A stretch of DNA of 64,000 nt, from assembly GCA_963817895.1 (NCBI GenBank), contig CAWFQB010000010.1, forward strand, positions 128,001-192,000, in the 5' to 3' direction. The first letter of the stretch is position 1. Each line of letters begins with the position of its first letter. The translations under genes were made by a program, and so were the position numbers. This DNA is from an uncultured Chthonomonadaceae bacterium. GTDB taxonomy: Bacteria > Armatimonadota > Chthonomonadetes > Chthonomonadales > Chthonomonadaceae. Shown here piece after piece: positions 53,550 to 63,400 of this stretch. The notes beneath the pieces were generated by a model. It did no database searches. It saw only the letters and a program-made list of their open reading frames with translations, and was not told the DNA's origin.

Positions 53550-53605
53550 AATCCTGTCCATTAGTGTTAGATATGAGGAGTTTCAGAGAAAGTAGAAATT
53601 AGCCC

Positions 53606-54136
53606 GTGAGCATGCCTGCGCGTACTGCTGCAACATTGAAAATGTACCTGTCGCGCCCCGACGCGCAACTGCCTGCGCAGATCGAGAGCAGAGAAGCCGC
53701 GCAGGAAATCATGCGGTTGTATCTTGCAAATGGAGGCGCAACGTTTAGTTTACGCTTTGGTAATCAGTCCGGGCAGCGTTTGTACGCGGTGTGCATCTAT
53801 CCTGAGCGCAGTTTGATCCTTGAAGGAGGTGACATCAGCATTGAGGATATTCACGATTATTTATCTGTAAACAAGGAGTGGCTTGCTGATCCGCGCTGCT
53901 GCATCGGGATATGGTACAGCGAGGAGAGTGATATAACCTATCTTGACATTTCCATCTTGTTGCCGCAAAAAAGAGCGGCTCTGGTGCTTGGAAAGCGGTA
54001 CAATCAAGAGGGCATATTCGATCTGTATCGCGCAAAGTATATTCCAACGGGCGGCACAGGCGAACCGACGGGAAGCATGCCTGCAATCAAGCAGAGACTA
54101 CCCATTTTGATGCGTGGGCGGAGGGGAAAGCCGTGA
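53606..54136 (+). CDS. Hypothetical protein
   Basis: 176 aa; IGIWY...YLDIS...ALVLGKRYNQEGIFDL. Confidence 0.6.
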   Translation: MSMPARTAATLKMYLSRPDAQLPAQIESREAAQEIMRLYLANGGATFSLRFGNQSGQRLYAVCIYPERSLILEGGDISIEDIHDYLSVNKEWLADPRCCIGIWYSEESDITYLDISILLPQKRAALVLGKRYNQEGIFDLYRAKYIPTGGTGEPTGSMPAIKQRLPILMRGRRGKP

Positions 54137-54414
54137 AAACACAAACGATAAAATTGCGTGTGCGTGTGGGTGGCCTTGCAGAAGGCAATCCGCCGATGCT
54201 GGCCTTTTCCAAACTGGTGGCGCGACCAGACGGCAAAACCAAACTACATTCTCAAATGGCGCAGGTGACGGATATGGCGCTGCTGGCAAAATTACGCTGC
54301 GAAGCGAACAACGGAGTGGAAGCGGATGTTGTTCTGGAAACCCGGCTTTCCAGCGAAGAGATGTCCACAACGCTCAAAGAGTTCATCTTGGTTCCATCTG
54401 GCGTTATGGCGTAA
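54133..54414 (+). CDS. Hypothetical protein, translationally coupled (GTGA overlap)
   Basis: 93 aa; GGAGG RBS. Confidence 0.55.
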   Translation: MKTQTIKLRVRVGGLAEGNPPMLAFSKLVARPDGKTKLHSQMAQVTDMALLAKLRCEANNGVEADVVLETRLSSEEMSTTLKEFILVPSGVMA

Positions 54415-54442
54415 AATATGAACAGAATGAAAGGCTACTTCA

Positions 54443-54997
54443 ATGCAGTTACCCATCCGTATGTTTATGTGTCTTACACTTCTCACTATCATGTGCATAG
54501 GTGGCTCGGCTCAATCTCCACTACAAGGCAATCCGCCTGCTCGGGTAATAGCCGCAGGCAACCCTCTGGTATTGCAAGGAATACATGACCTTGCAGTTGT
54601 TGTATATGCTCCTCCAAAGGAGTTAGCAGCCTTCGGATTAGATCAAACAACATTGCAAACTGATGTGGAATTGAAACTCCGTTTAGCAGGGATAAACGTG
54701 TTATCCTCAAAAGAGAATGAGCGCACACCGGGCTTTCCTCATTTGACTGTAACAATAGAAGCGATGCGAATGGATGCTCCCATCCAAGATGTCTTCATGT
54801 TTAACCTGAAAGTTCGACTTAGAGAAAACCTTCTCTCTGTTCGTATGCCGCGATCCACTATCCTTTCTATTCCCACATGGGAAGACGGGAGTTCTGGAGT
54901 AATAGGAGTGAACAAAATACCGCAATTGCGCGAGAATGTCAAAGATAGGATTGATAAATTTCTAAATGACTACCTAACCGCTAATCCTAAGAAGTAG
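54443..54997 (+). CDS. Secreted hypothetical protein, AT-richer
   Basis: Signal peptide; LQTDVELKLRLAGI; KFLNDYLTANPK. Confidence 0.7.
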   Translation: MQLPIRMFMCLTLLTIMCIGGSAQSPLQGNPPARVIAAGNPLVLQGIHDLAVVVYAPPKELAAFGLDQTTLQTDVELKLRLAGINVLSSKENERTPGFPHLTVTIEAMRMDAPIQDVFMFNLKVRLRENLLSVRMPRSTILSIPTWEDGSSGVIGVNKIPQLRENVKDRIDKFLNDYLTANPKK

Positions 54998-55104
54998 CGA
55001 GTGGACGCATATATTGCACCTGCCTCGTTGCTGAGAATCTGATTTTGCTTTGCCGATAATGGAGGGGAACAGGTTCAAAACAGAAGCAAAGGGGACGGTA
55101 CGGC

Positions 55105-55654
55105 ATGGCGATGATGGGAATGGCGAGTTTGCGGAGCAGTCGGGTGCAAATAGGACTGGCGATTGTGGGGGCGGCGGGCGTGTTCGCGGGGGCGCGGCTT
55201 TCCAGAGCGCATACGGTGAGCGGCGACAGCGCATTAACCGTCGCCACTGTGGACGGAACCTGGGAACTGCAATCCGTCGGGGGAGATCCCATCGGGCCGA
55301 ACGTGGAATTCGGGCGTCCTTTCGCAGAGAGTGGTTTTCGGGCATGGCGCGGTGCAGGGGGAAACAAAGCTTCTTGCCGCCAGCGCTGCCGGAACCACGA
55401 CGATGCCATTCCCCGACCTGAGCGTAGCAGAGGTTCAGGAGAGCGCGGACAGCCATACCGTCACCGTCACCTGGCGCGGAACCTACGCCGTTTTGCCTAA
55501 CAGCCGCCTTGACCTGCGCATCGGCAAGGCGCAGTACAAACTGGCCGGCAAATTCAACCCCCAAACCCACCTTCTGGAACTGGAACAGGACGCCATTCTC
55601 ACCTACAAAGGCGCGGCGCTGTACCGTCCCACACAAACCCTCGCCCGCAAGTAA
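55105..55654 (+). CDS. Lipocalin-like exported protein; frame break near 55310
   Basis: Signal/TM; VDGTWELQSV; continuation WRGTY. Confidence 0.5.
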
Positions 55655-55706
55655 ACTTGTTTCGTAACACGAATCAATTTGCAACATTGAAAGTTTTCCG
55701 CCGTAT

Positions 55707-55745
55707 AAGCCAGAGGAGTCCGCAAAGACTTCTCTGGCTTGTTTG
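55707..55745 (+). terminator. Rho-independent terminator
   Basis: aagccagag...ctctggctt followed by gttt. Confidence 0.6.
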
Positions 55746-55872
55746 CGCAATCCTGACGCGCAGCCATTCGTAAAACGAACTGGTATACTGATGTTGACGA
55801 ATTCGCGCCCGACGCGCTTTTAGATAAGTCTTACTTTAGTTGTTTGCAAGAACGGAAAGGCATACCCGACGC

Positions 55873-58260
55873 ATGGCTTTGCTCGACACGCTGCCCGAAG
55901 AGGTAGAAAATACATTGCGGGATCTGCGCGCCAACGCCGCAGTCACCAATGGTGAGGGAAAAGGGAAAAGGGAAGAGGGAAAAGAGGAGATACGAGAAGG
56001 AGAGGATTCATCCCTCATCCTTCATCCTTCATCCTTGCCTGACGATGACGACAATCTGGAAAACGCGCCGATTCCCACAGCCGAAAACCCGCTCGTGTTT
56101 GAAACCGACATTACCCCGGAGGGCGCGTTTCATCCCGAATGGCTGGTTGTGGACGATGCGCAGGTGTACGTGTTTTCGCGCAATGGCGGTAACAGGGCCA
56201 AAATGCGCCACGCCATTCCGCTGACGCGAATTCAGGAAGCCAAAACCGATACGCTGGTCGGCAACGGTTCCATTCAGATTCGGACGGATGAAGAAACGAT
56301 CTCTCTTGTGCGATTTTCGCAGGCCGAAATTGGCGAAGCCAGCATTGTGGCGCGGCAACTCAACGCCCTTGCCAAAGGCGAACCGCCCAAACAGGAGAAG
56401 GTAGACGAGAAGCGCAAGAACTGCCCCAACTGCAAGCGCCTGCTGCCCTCCGACAGCGAGATTTGCCCCGCCTGTATCAACAAGCGGGCGGTCATGCTGC
56501 GCCTGTTCCAGTTTTTGACGCCCTACAAACAGCAGGTCGCGCTTGCCATCGGCCTGATTGTGGGTATCACGCTTGTTGACCTGCTGCCGCCCTGGGTTGC
56601 AGGCCGCATCATAGACACCATCAACGCCCAGACTCGCGCCCATGATACCACGATGCGGCCCCTGCTCGGCTTTGTTGGCCTATTTGCCATTGCCCGCGTC
56701 GCCAATGCCGGGTTTGTGTACGGGCAACGCCGCCTGAACCCCTGGCTCGGCGGGCGTATCACGATGGACATTCGCATGGCGCTGTACGACAAGTTTCAGC
56801 AGTTGTCCCTCGCCTATTACGATAAGCGCAGCACGGGCAGCGTGATGGCTCGCGTCACCAACGACGCCGAAAACCTGTGGGACTTCCTCGCGGACGGCAT
56901 CCCCTGGCTTATCAGCAACGTTCTGACTCTGATCGGCATCGGCTTCGTGTTGTTCAAACTCAACTGGCAACTGGCCCTGCTGATGCTGACGCCCGGCCCG
57001 TTCATTTTCGCGCTGACGCGCTGGTTCATGCCCCGCGCCCGCAAGAAATACCATGTCGTGTGGCGGCGCATCAGCAAAATGTACTCCACGCTTAACAGCA
57101 CCCTGACAGGTATGCGGGTCGTCAAAGCCTTTGCGCAGGAGGGCCGCGAGGTCAACAACTTCCGTACCCGCAACACCAATGTCTTTCAGGCCAGTTATGA
57201 GGCCAACGCCTTTCGCGCCACGTATGTCCCGCTTCTCGCGCTTCTGATGAGCAGCGGCAGCTACATCATCTGGATCGTTGGCGGGCGTCAGGTTCTTAAC
57301 GGCATCACCATCAGCGGCCATCTCATGTCCATCGGCCTGCTGACGATGTTCAACGGCTACCTGATTCAGTTCTATCAGCCGTTCCAAAACTTCTCGCAGG
57401 TTCTCGACTGGTCTACCCGTTCGCTCACTGCAGCCGAGCGCGTGTTTGAAGTGCTGGATACCGAACCCGACATTCGCGAAGCCGACAACGCCGTCCGCAT
57501 CCCCGACATTCAGGGCGAAGTGGAATTCAAGCACGTCGCATTTACCTACGACAAAGCCAACCGCGTCCTTGACGACTTCAATCTGCATGTTCAACCGGGG
57601 GAAATGATCGGCCTTGTCGGACACAGCGGCGCGGGCAAATCCACCATTATCAACCTCCTCTCCCGCTTCTACGAGGTTACGGAGGGGAAAATTCTGGTAG
57701 ATGGGGTGGACATACGCAACATCGCGGGCGAAGACTTCCGGGGGCAATTAGGAATCGTCTTGCAGGAACCGTTTTTGTTCCCCGGAACCCTGCGCGATAA
57801 CATTGCCTATGCCAAACCCGACGCTACGATAGACGAAGTGTTTCTCGCGTCCAAAGCCGCCAACTGCCACGAGTTCATTCTCAAGTTTCCCGACGGCTAC
57901 GATACCTATGTGGGCGAACGGGGACAACGGCTATCGGGCGGCGAACGCCAGCGCATCTCCATTGCCCGCGCCATCCTGCACAACCCCAAAATCCTGATTC
58001 TGGATGAAGCGACCGCCAGCGTGGATACGGAAACCGAAAAACTCATTCAGGAAGCTATCACCCGCTTGATTGAAAACCGCACCACCTTCGCCATCGCGCA
58101 CCGGCTTTCCACTCTGCGCAACGCCAGCCGCCTCGTCGTTATGAAAGAGGGCAAAATGGTCGAATGTGGAACCCACGAAGAACTCATGGAAGTGGACGGC
58201 GAGTACGCCAAACTCGTCAAAATCCAAACCGAAGTCAACCAGATACAGGCCGCCGTGTAA
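55873..58260 (+). CDS. ABC exporter (PH-like N-terminus, Cys ribbon, TMD, NBD)
   Basis: CPNC...CPAC; GHSGAGKST; LSGGERQR; ILILDEAT; repeat insert at 55950-56035. Confidence 0.93.
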   Translation: MALLDTLPEEVENTLRDLRANAAVTNGEGKGKREEGKEEIREGEDSSLILHPSSLPDDDDNLENAPIPTAENPLVFETDITPEGAFHPEWLVVDDAQVYVFSRNGGNRAKMRHAIPLTRIQEAKTDTLVGNGSIQIRTDEETISLVRFSQAEIGEASIVARQLNALAKGEPPKQEKVDEKRKNCPNCKRLLPSDSEICPACINKRAVMLRLFQFLTPYKQQVALAIGLIVGITLVDLLPPWVAGRIIDTINAQTRAHDTTMRPLLGFVGLFAIARVANAGFVYGQRRLNPWLGGRITMDIRMALYDKFQQLSLAYYDKRSTGSVMARVTNDAENLWDFLADGIPWLISNVLTLIGIGFVLFKLNWQLALLMLTPGPFIFALTRWFMPRARKKYHVVWRRISKMYSTLNSTLTGMRVVKAFAQEGREVNNFRTRNTNVFQASYEANAFRATYVPLLALLMSSGSYIIWIVGGRQVLNGITISGHLMSIGLLTMFNGYLIQFYQPFQNFSQVLDWSTRSLTAAERVFEVLDTEPDIREADNAVRIPDIQGEVEFKHVAFTYDKANRVLDDFNLHVQPGEMIGLVGHSGAGKSTIINLLSRFYEVTEGKILVDGVDIRNIAGEDFRGQLGIVLQEPFLFPGTLRDNIAYAKPDATIDEVFLASKAANCHEFILKFPDGYDTYVGERGQRLSGGERQRISIARAILHNPKILILDEATASVDTETEKLIQEAITRLIENRTTFAIAHRLSTLRNASRLVVMKEGKMVECGTHEELMEVDGEYAKLVKIQTEVNQIQAAV

Positions 58261-58312
58261 GCAGGATATGTTACGCTGTAGACGAATTTGGAGTTAAACA
58301 TGTAAACTCCGT

Positions 58313-60382
58313 TCACAGCGCGTGTTGTTCCAGATAGCGCCGGTACAGGTCGCAGCGGAATATCACTTTGCCGTCCCGCGTCTGCTTGATGATACCCGCC
58401 GACAGCAGGCGATAGTACGAATCCTGATCATTGCGCGGGCTTCCGGCCAGCAACGCCCGCGCGTACTCCACGACGGCGGGCAGGCGCGTCACCGCCACCA
58501 GAAGCCGCTTCAAGTGGTCGGAAAACGGCCCGTCGTCGCGGGCGGCCTGCGCGTTGAGCGTGTCCAAATCCATTTTGCCGGTCGCCAGCGTGTCCAGCGC
58601 GCGGCGGGTCAGGAACGGCTGTCCCCCGATCAGGCCATGCAGAGTTTCCACTTCCTGATAGTTCTTTAAGGGACTGCCGTAGCGTCCGTTCAGGTCTACG
58701 GTTTGCTGAATGTTGAAATCTTCTAAATCCAATCGCCGCCCGACGTTGAACGGCGACTGGTTCAAATCCTGAATAAACAGATGCGCTTCCGTGGCATACG
58801 CGATTACGACGGTCAGCTTGTTCCAGGGGCCGTCCGGTTCCGTCGAGCGCGAATTGTGCCACGAGCGCACCAGCCCGAAAAAGTCACTTGCGAACGGGGC
58901 GAGGAACAGTTTGTCTACTTCATCCATGTACCAGACAAGCGGCTCTTCCGCGCTGTCGAGCAGTTCGCGCAGGAAGTTCTCCATATTCAGGTTCGCGCCA
59001 AAAATCTCGTCCCACTCGCTTGCAAAGTCGTACTTGAACTTCAACTGCCGGGCAAGGGTGGCGGCAAGCAGGCGGTAAAACGTTTCTTCTTCCGCCATCT
59101 GCGACGAGTTGAGTTTCTGAAAATCCGTTATTCCCACCCGCCAGCCCATCTCTTTGGTATGCTTCGTTCCCTGCGCCAGCAGACTGGTTTTGCCCATTTG
59201 CCGCGCCCCTTTGACCAGCAGAATACTCTCCTGATGTTGCAGCGCGAGTAGAAACTCCTGATCGCAGGCGCGCGGCACATAGAAGGGCGAGTCGGGCGGC
59301 ACGGCTCCCCCGACCGGTTCCAGTTTGACCTCTTCCTGCCGCGCTTTCAGCGGTTCGGTAATGGCCGACAGCAGTTCCGCCAGCAATTTTTGCGTGTCCC
59401 CCTCGCCCGTCCACGCGAACTGCGCGTGGGGACTGATGAGAGTGGAAATCACGCCTTCCGGCACATCCTCGCTGCCGATACGCACGGGCAGCAGGATGGG
59501 CTTGGCCGTCCGCGTAAGTTGGTCATTCGCGATTTCGATCTCAAATTCCAGCATCTCGCTTTGCAGGGATTTGGGCGAAACAATGGCGATCACCGCGTCC
59601 GCCGTTCGGATGCGGTCCTCTACGGTTCTGGCCCAGTTCGCGCTGATTTTCGTCTGGCTGTCCGTAAACACTTCGTGTCCGCTTTCGCGCAGGCGCTCCT
59701 CCAGAAACCGCAAAACATGTTCGTCCGGCTGCTGATTGGGTTTGTACAGCAGGGCGATTTTCTGCGTTTTGCCCGCCGGCGTAGAAGTCCAGTTGGAAGC
59801 GACGGGCGCGGCCTTCATGCGCGAAGGCGGCGCATGGTTTCCGGCCTCTCCCGAGTGGAGGCTGTACAGATGCACAACCTGATCGTGCTTGGCCCTGCTT
59901 TCGCCCAGCGGCTGAATGTGGGACGCCCAATCCTCGAACTGCTGTAGCCAGTTGGCGTACTGCACCGACATCAAAATGTGTCCCGCGTCGCCCATGTCCA
60001 TCACGCGCTGCGCGGTATTGATACCCTCGCCGACAACATTCTCCTTGCCCGTAATATCAATCTGCCGCTGCACCAATCCGCTGTGCAGCCCCATGCGAAC
60101 GGGCAGTTTCGTCGTGCCGCCATGCAGTCCGAGCGCAACGTCAAGGGCGCATTGCGCGGGCGCGATCACATCGCTGTAAAACAGCAGCGCCATGCCGTCA
60201 CCTGTCGGTATCGGCTGCACGGCATTGGCGGCAAACGCATCCGCGAACGCTTTAGAGGCCGTGACCGCCGCATTGAGCCGACTCAGCATCTGGCTCTGCA
60301 TCCCCGTCGTTTCGCGGGAATATCCAACGATGTCCAGAAACAATACATGCGCGATCTGCGCCGAGCGGGGTTTATCAGTCAT
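58313..60382 (-). CDS. Class III nucleotide cyclase - TIR-like - AAA_35 (STAND) ATPase
   Basis: LFLDIVGYS, TGDG, RMGLHSG, GINTAQRVMD; EVFTD...I...DAVIAIVS...SEMLEFEI; GARQMGKTS, YMDEVD, SPFNVG, GGQPFL. Confidence 0.88.
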   Translation of the reverse strand: MTDKPRSAQIAHVLFLDIVGYSRETTGMQSQMLSRLNAAVTASKAFADAFAANAVQPIPTGDGMALLFYSDVIAPAQCALDVALGLHGGTTKLPVRMGLHSGLVQRQIDITGKENVVGEGINTAQRVMDMGDAGHILMSVQYANWLQQFEDWASHIQPLGESRAKHDQVVHLYSLHSGEAGNHAPPSRMKAAPVASNWTSTPAGKTQKIALLYKPNQQPDEHVLRFLEERLRESGHEVFTDSQTKISANWARTVEDRIRTADAVIAIVSPKSLQSEMLEFEIEIANDQLTRTAKPILLPVRIGSEDVPEGVISTLISPHAQFAWTGEGDTQKLLAELLSAITEPLKARQEEVKLEPVGGAVPPDSPFYVPRACDQEFLLALQHQESILLVKGARQMGKTSLLAQGTKHTKEMGWRVGITDFQKLNSSQMAEEETFYRLLAATLARQLKFKYDFASEWDEIFGANLNMENFLRELLDSAEEPLVWYMDEVDKLFLAPFASDFFGLVRSWHNSRSTEPDGPWNKLTVVIAYATEAHLFIQDLNQSPFNVGRRLDLEDFNIQQTVDLNGRYGSPLKNYQEVETLHGLIGGQPFLTRRALDTLATGKMDLDTLNAQAARDDGPFSDHLKRLLVAVTRLPAVVEYARALLAGSPRNDQDSYYRLLSAGIIKQTRDGKVIFRCDLYRRYLEQHAL

Positions 60383-60440
60383 AAAACGCGCATATCCTTT
60401 TCTTTCCAATTGTCTTCCAGGTAACTCCCGGTCACGGGAG

Positions 60441-63400
60441 TTACTTGGAAGACACCTTCCCAAGCCGCGTGTCATCCGCAAACCATACTTTCGCCGTGCC
60501 ATCATTACTGCCCGTGACTATGCGCTTACCATCAGATGAAAACGCGACGGATCTAATACCATCCGTATGCCCTTTGAGTGTCAAAAGTTCTTGTCCGGTT
60601 TGCGCGTCCCACACCTTTGCGGTCTTATCGCTACTGCCCGTAACGATGCGCTTGCCATCAGGAGAAAAAACAACAGAACTGACACTGTCGGTATGTCCTT
60701 TGAACGTCAAGATTTTGTACCCGGTCTGAGCATCCCACATTGAGGCCGTGTTATCCTGGCTGTCTGTGACAATCTTTGTGCCGTCTGGAGAGTAGGAAAC
60801 AGACCGGATATAGTCTATGTCCCCTTTGAGCATCAACACTTCATGTCCCGTCTGCGCATCCCATACCTTTACAGTGCCATCGGCACTGCTGGTTACAACG
60901 CGCTTGCTATCCGGTGAGAACGCAACGGCGAAAACAGAGTCCGTATGTCCTTTAAACGTCAGCGCTTCCTGCCCGGTCTGCGCATCCCATATTTTTGCGG
61001 TATTGTCCTGACCGCCCGTAACAACGCGTTTTCCATCAGGAGAAAAGGCGACAGTATCCACGCTAATGGTATGTCCTCTGAGGGTTAGCGCTTCATGCCC
61101 TGTTTGAACGTCCCACACCTTTGCGGTCTTGTCACCACTGCCCGTCACGATGTGTTTACCATCAGGAGAAAAGGCGACAGCATTGATACTGCCCGTATGC
61201 CCTTTAAGCGAGAGTAGGAATTCACCTGTTTGGGCATCCCATACTTTTGCTGTCTTATCGCTACTGCCTGTGACGATTTTTGTGCTGTCGGGAGAAAAGG
61301 CGACAGAACTGCCAGCGTTCGTATGTCCTTTGAGTTCCAGCACATCATGCCTTATTGTAGCGTCCCAAATTCCTGCTGTGTTATTGTTACTGTTGGTAAC
61401 GATGTTTTTACCATCAGGAGAAAAGGCGACAGAACTGACGCCATCCGTATATCCTTTGAATGTCAGCGCTTCATGCCCTGTTTGGGTATCCCACACCTTT
61501 GCGGTCTTATCGCTACTACCTGTGACGACGCGCTTGCCATCGGGAGAAAAGGCGACAGAACTGACGCCGCCCGTATGCCCTTTGAGCGAGAGTAGGGATT
61601 TACCTGTTTGGGCATTCCATATCCTTGCAGTGTTGTCATCACTCCCCGTGACGATCTTTGTACCGTCTGGAGAAAAACAAACAGACGAGACACGGGAAGC
61701 ATGTCCATTGAGCGTCAGCATTTTATGCCCCGTTTGCGCGTCCCATACCTTCGCCGCGCCATCCCAACTGCCCGTAACAATTCTTGTGCCGTCAGGAGAA
61801 AAGGAGAAGGATGAAATTCCATTTGCAGCGCCTTTGACAGCTAGGAGTTCATGCCCTGTCTGCGCGTCCCACACCTTCATAGCGTCCAGGCAACCCGTAA
61901 CGATGTTCTTGCCATCAGGAGAAAAACCAACAGATTCGACGCCGGTCTTACTGGCATCTATTTCGACATGCATCTTACCATCATCAACAGAAAAAGAAAT
62001 AGAACTGATGCCTTCTGTACGCCCTTTGACAGATAGGAGTTCGTGTCCGGTCTGAGCGTCCCATACCTTTGCGGTCTTATCGTGACTGCCTGTAACAATC
62101 TTTGTGCCGTCAGGGGAAAAAGCAACAGCGCTGATATAATCAGTGTGGCCTTTGAGCGTCAGCAATGCTTCGCCTGTCTGAACATTCCACACCTTTGCCG
62201 TCTTGTCCATACTGCCCGTAACAATGCGCTTGCCATCAGGAGAAAAGGCGACAGAGTTGACGCCGCCCGTATGCCCGCTAAATATTTTCAAACTTAGATG
62301 ATTCAGACGGTTCCAATATCCCCACTCGAACCCGCGCCCTTTGTACCCATCCGTCGCCTTCAGCAACTCCAGCACATGCGCAACATTGTTGCTCTCCCAT
62401 TCCCGTTGTATCAGGTTCATGTTGGCGACATACAGGTTGTAGTCGGCATTGTCACGGGCGCGATTCGCTTCCAGCGTTTTGTCGTTGGCAAGTTGGGCGT
62501 TGCGGCGGGCGGCGCGGGTTTGGACAAAGCCATAGACCGCCAGCCCGGAGAGTATCACGGCAATGGCGGTTCCCATCACGGCTGCGCGTACCATGCCCCG
62601 CCAATAGGCGGTCTTCTGCCGTCGCAGTTCGGCGTCCGCGGTATGGTCTGCCACCCACTTTTTGTCGAACACCTGCGCGTAAATGCGGTTGCGAACCCGC
62701 AATAACCCGTTTTCCACCCGCGCCACGCCGGACAGTTTCAGCGCCGCGCAGAGCGGATTGGTGTCGTCATCCGCAACCCGCTTGCCATCACGTACCTGCC
62801 CGTACAAATCCAGCACAGCCGCCGGTTCCGCATCGCTTTTAAGCAGCCGGTCGCGCACAAACGTCAGGTTGTTGTCGCTCTCCTTCGCCGTATGCGTCAG
62901 AAACAGGTCGGCGCAGAGTTTGTCAACAGAGGGTGTTCGGTGTTCGGTATTCGGTATTCGGTATTGGGCTTCTACGATGGCGCTGCACAAACGTTGTGTA
63001 AGATACGGGTGTCCATTCGTCCAATACAGCACTCTTTGCAGCAACTTTTCCCCGTGTCCCCCGTGTTCCCCGTGGTTCAATCCCTTTGCCAGCGGCGCGG
63101 CTTCCTGTGGGGTGAAGTCAGTCACTTCCACGCGCCTGCCTATGTTGAACGGGCTGATGCGCGTATCTTGGATCAAATCCGAGGGCGCGGCGGTTCCGAG
63201 CAGGCAGAAAGACAGCCGTTTCAGCGCGGGATTGACGGCGCGTTCGACATACAACTGCCGAATCGCGCTGAAAAACTCATCCGCAGAAAACGGCAGACTG
63301 CGCGTGGCGTCAATCTCGTCCACAAAAACCACAATCGGCGCATCGGAAGCCGGCAGCGCGACCTCTTCCAATGCGCCGAACAAACGCGGCAACGGCCCTA

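Noticed and set aside
4110..55330. Many frameshifts (about 4130, 10865, 22295, 29390, 32915, 33440, 33900, 35548, 37333, 40375, 49620, 55310) as programmed frameshifting or mass pseudogenisation
   Set aside because: Single-base breaks in otherwise intact, unrelated genes, several in short homopolymers, with no shared slippery motif; best explained as sequencing or assembly indels
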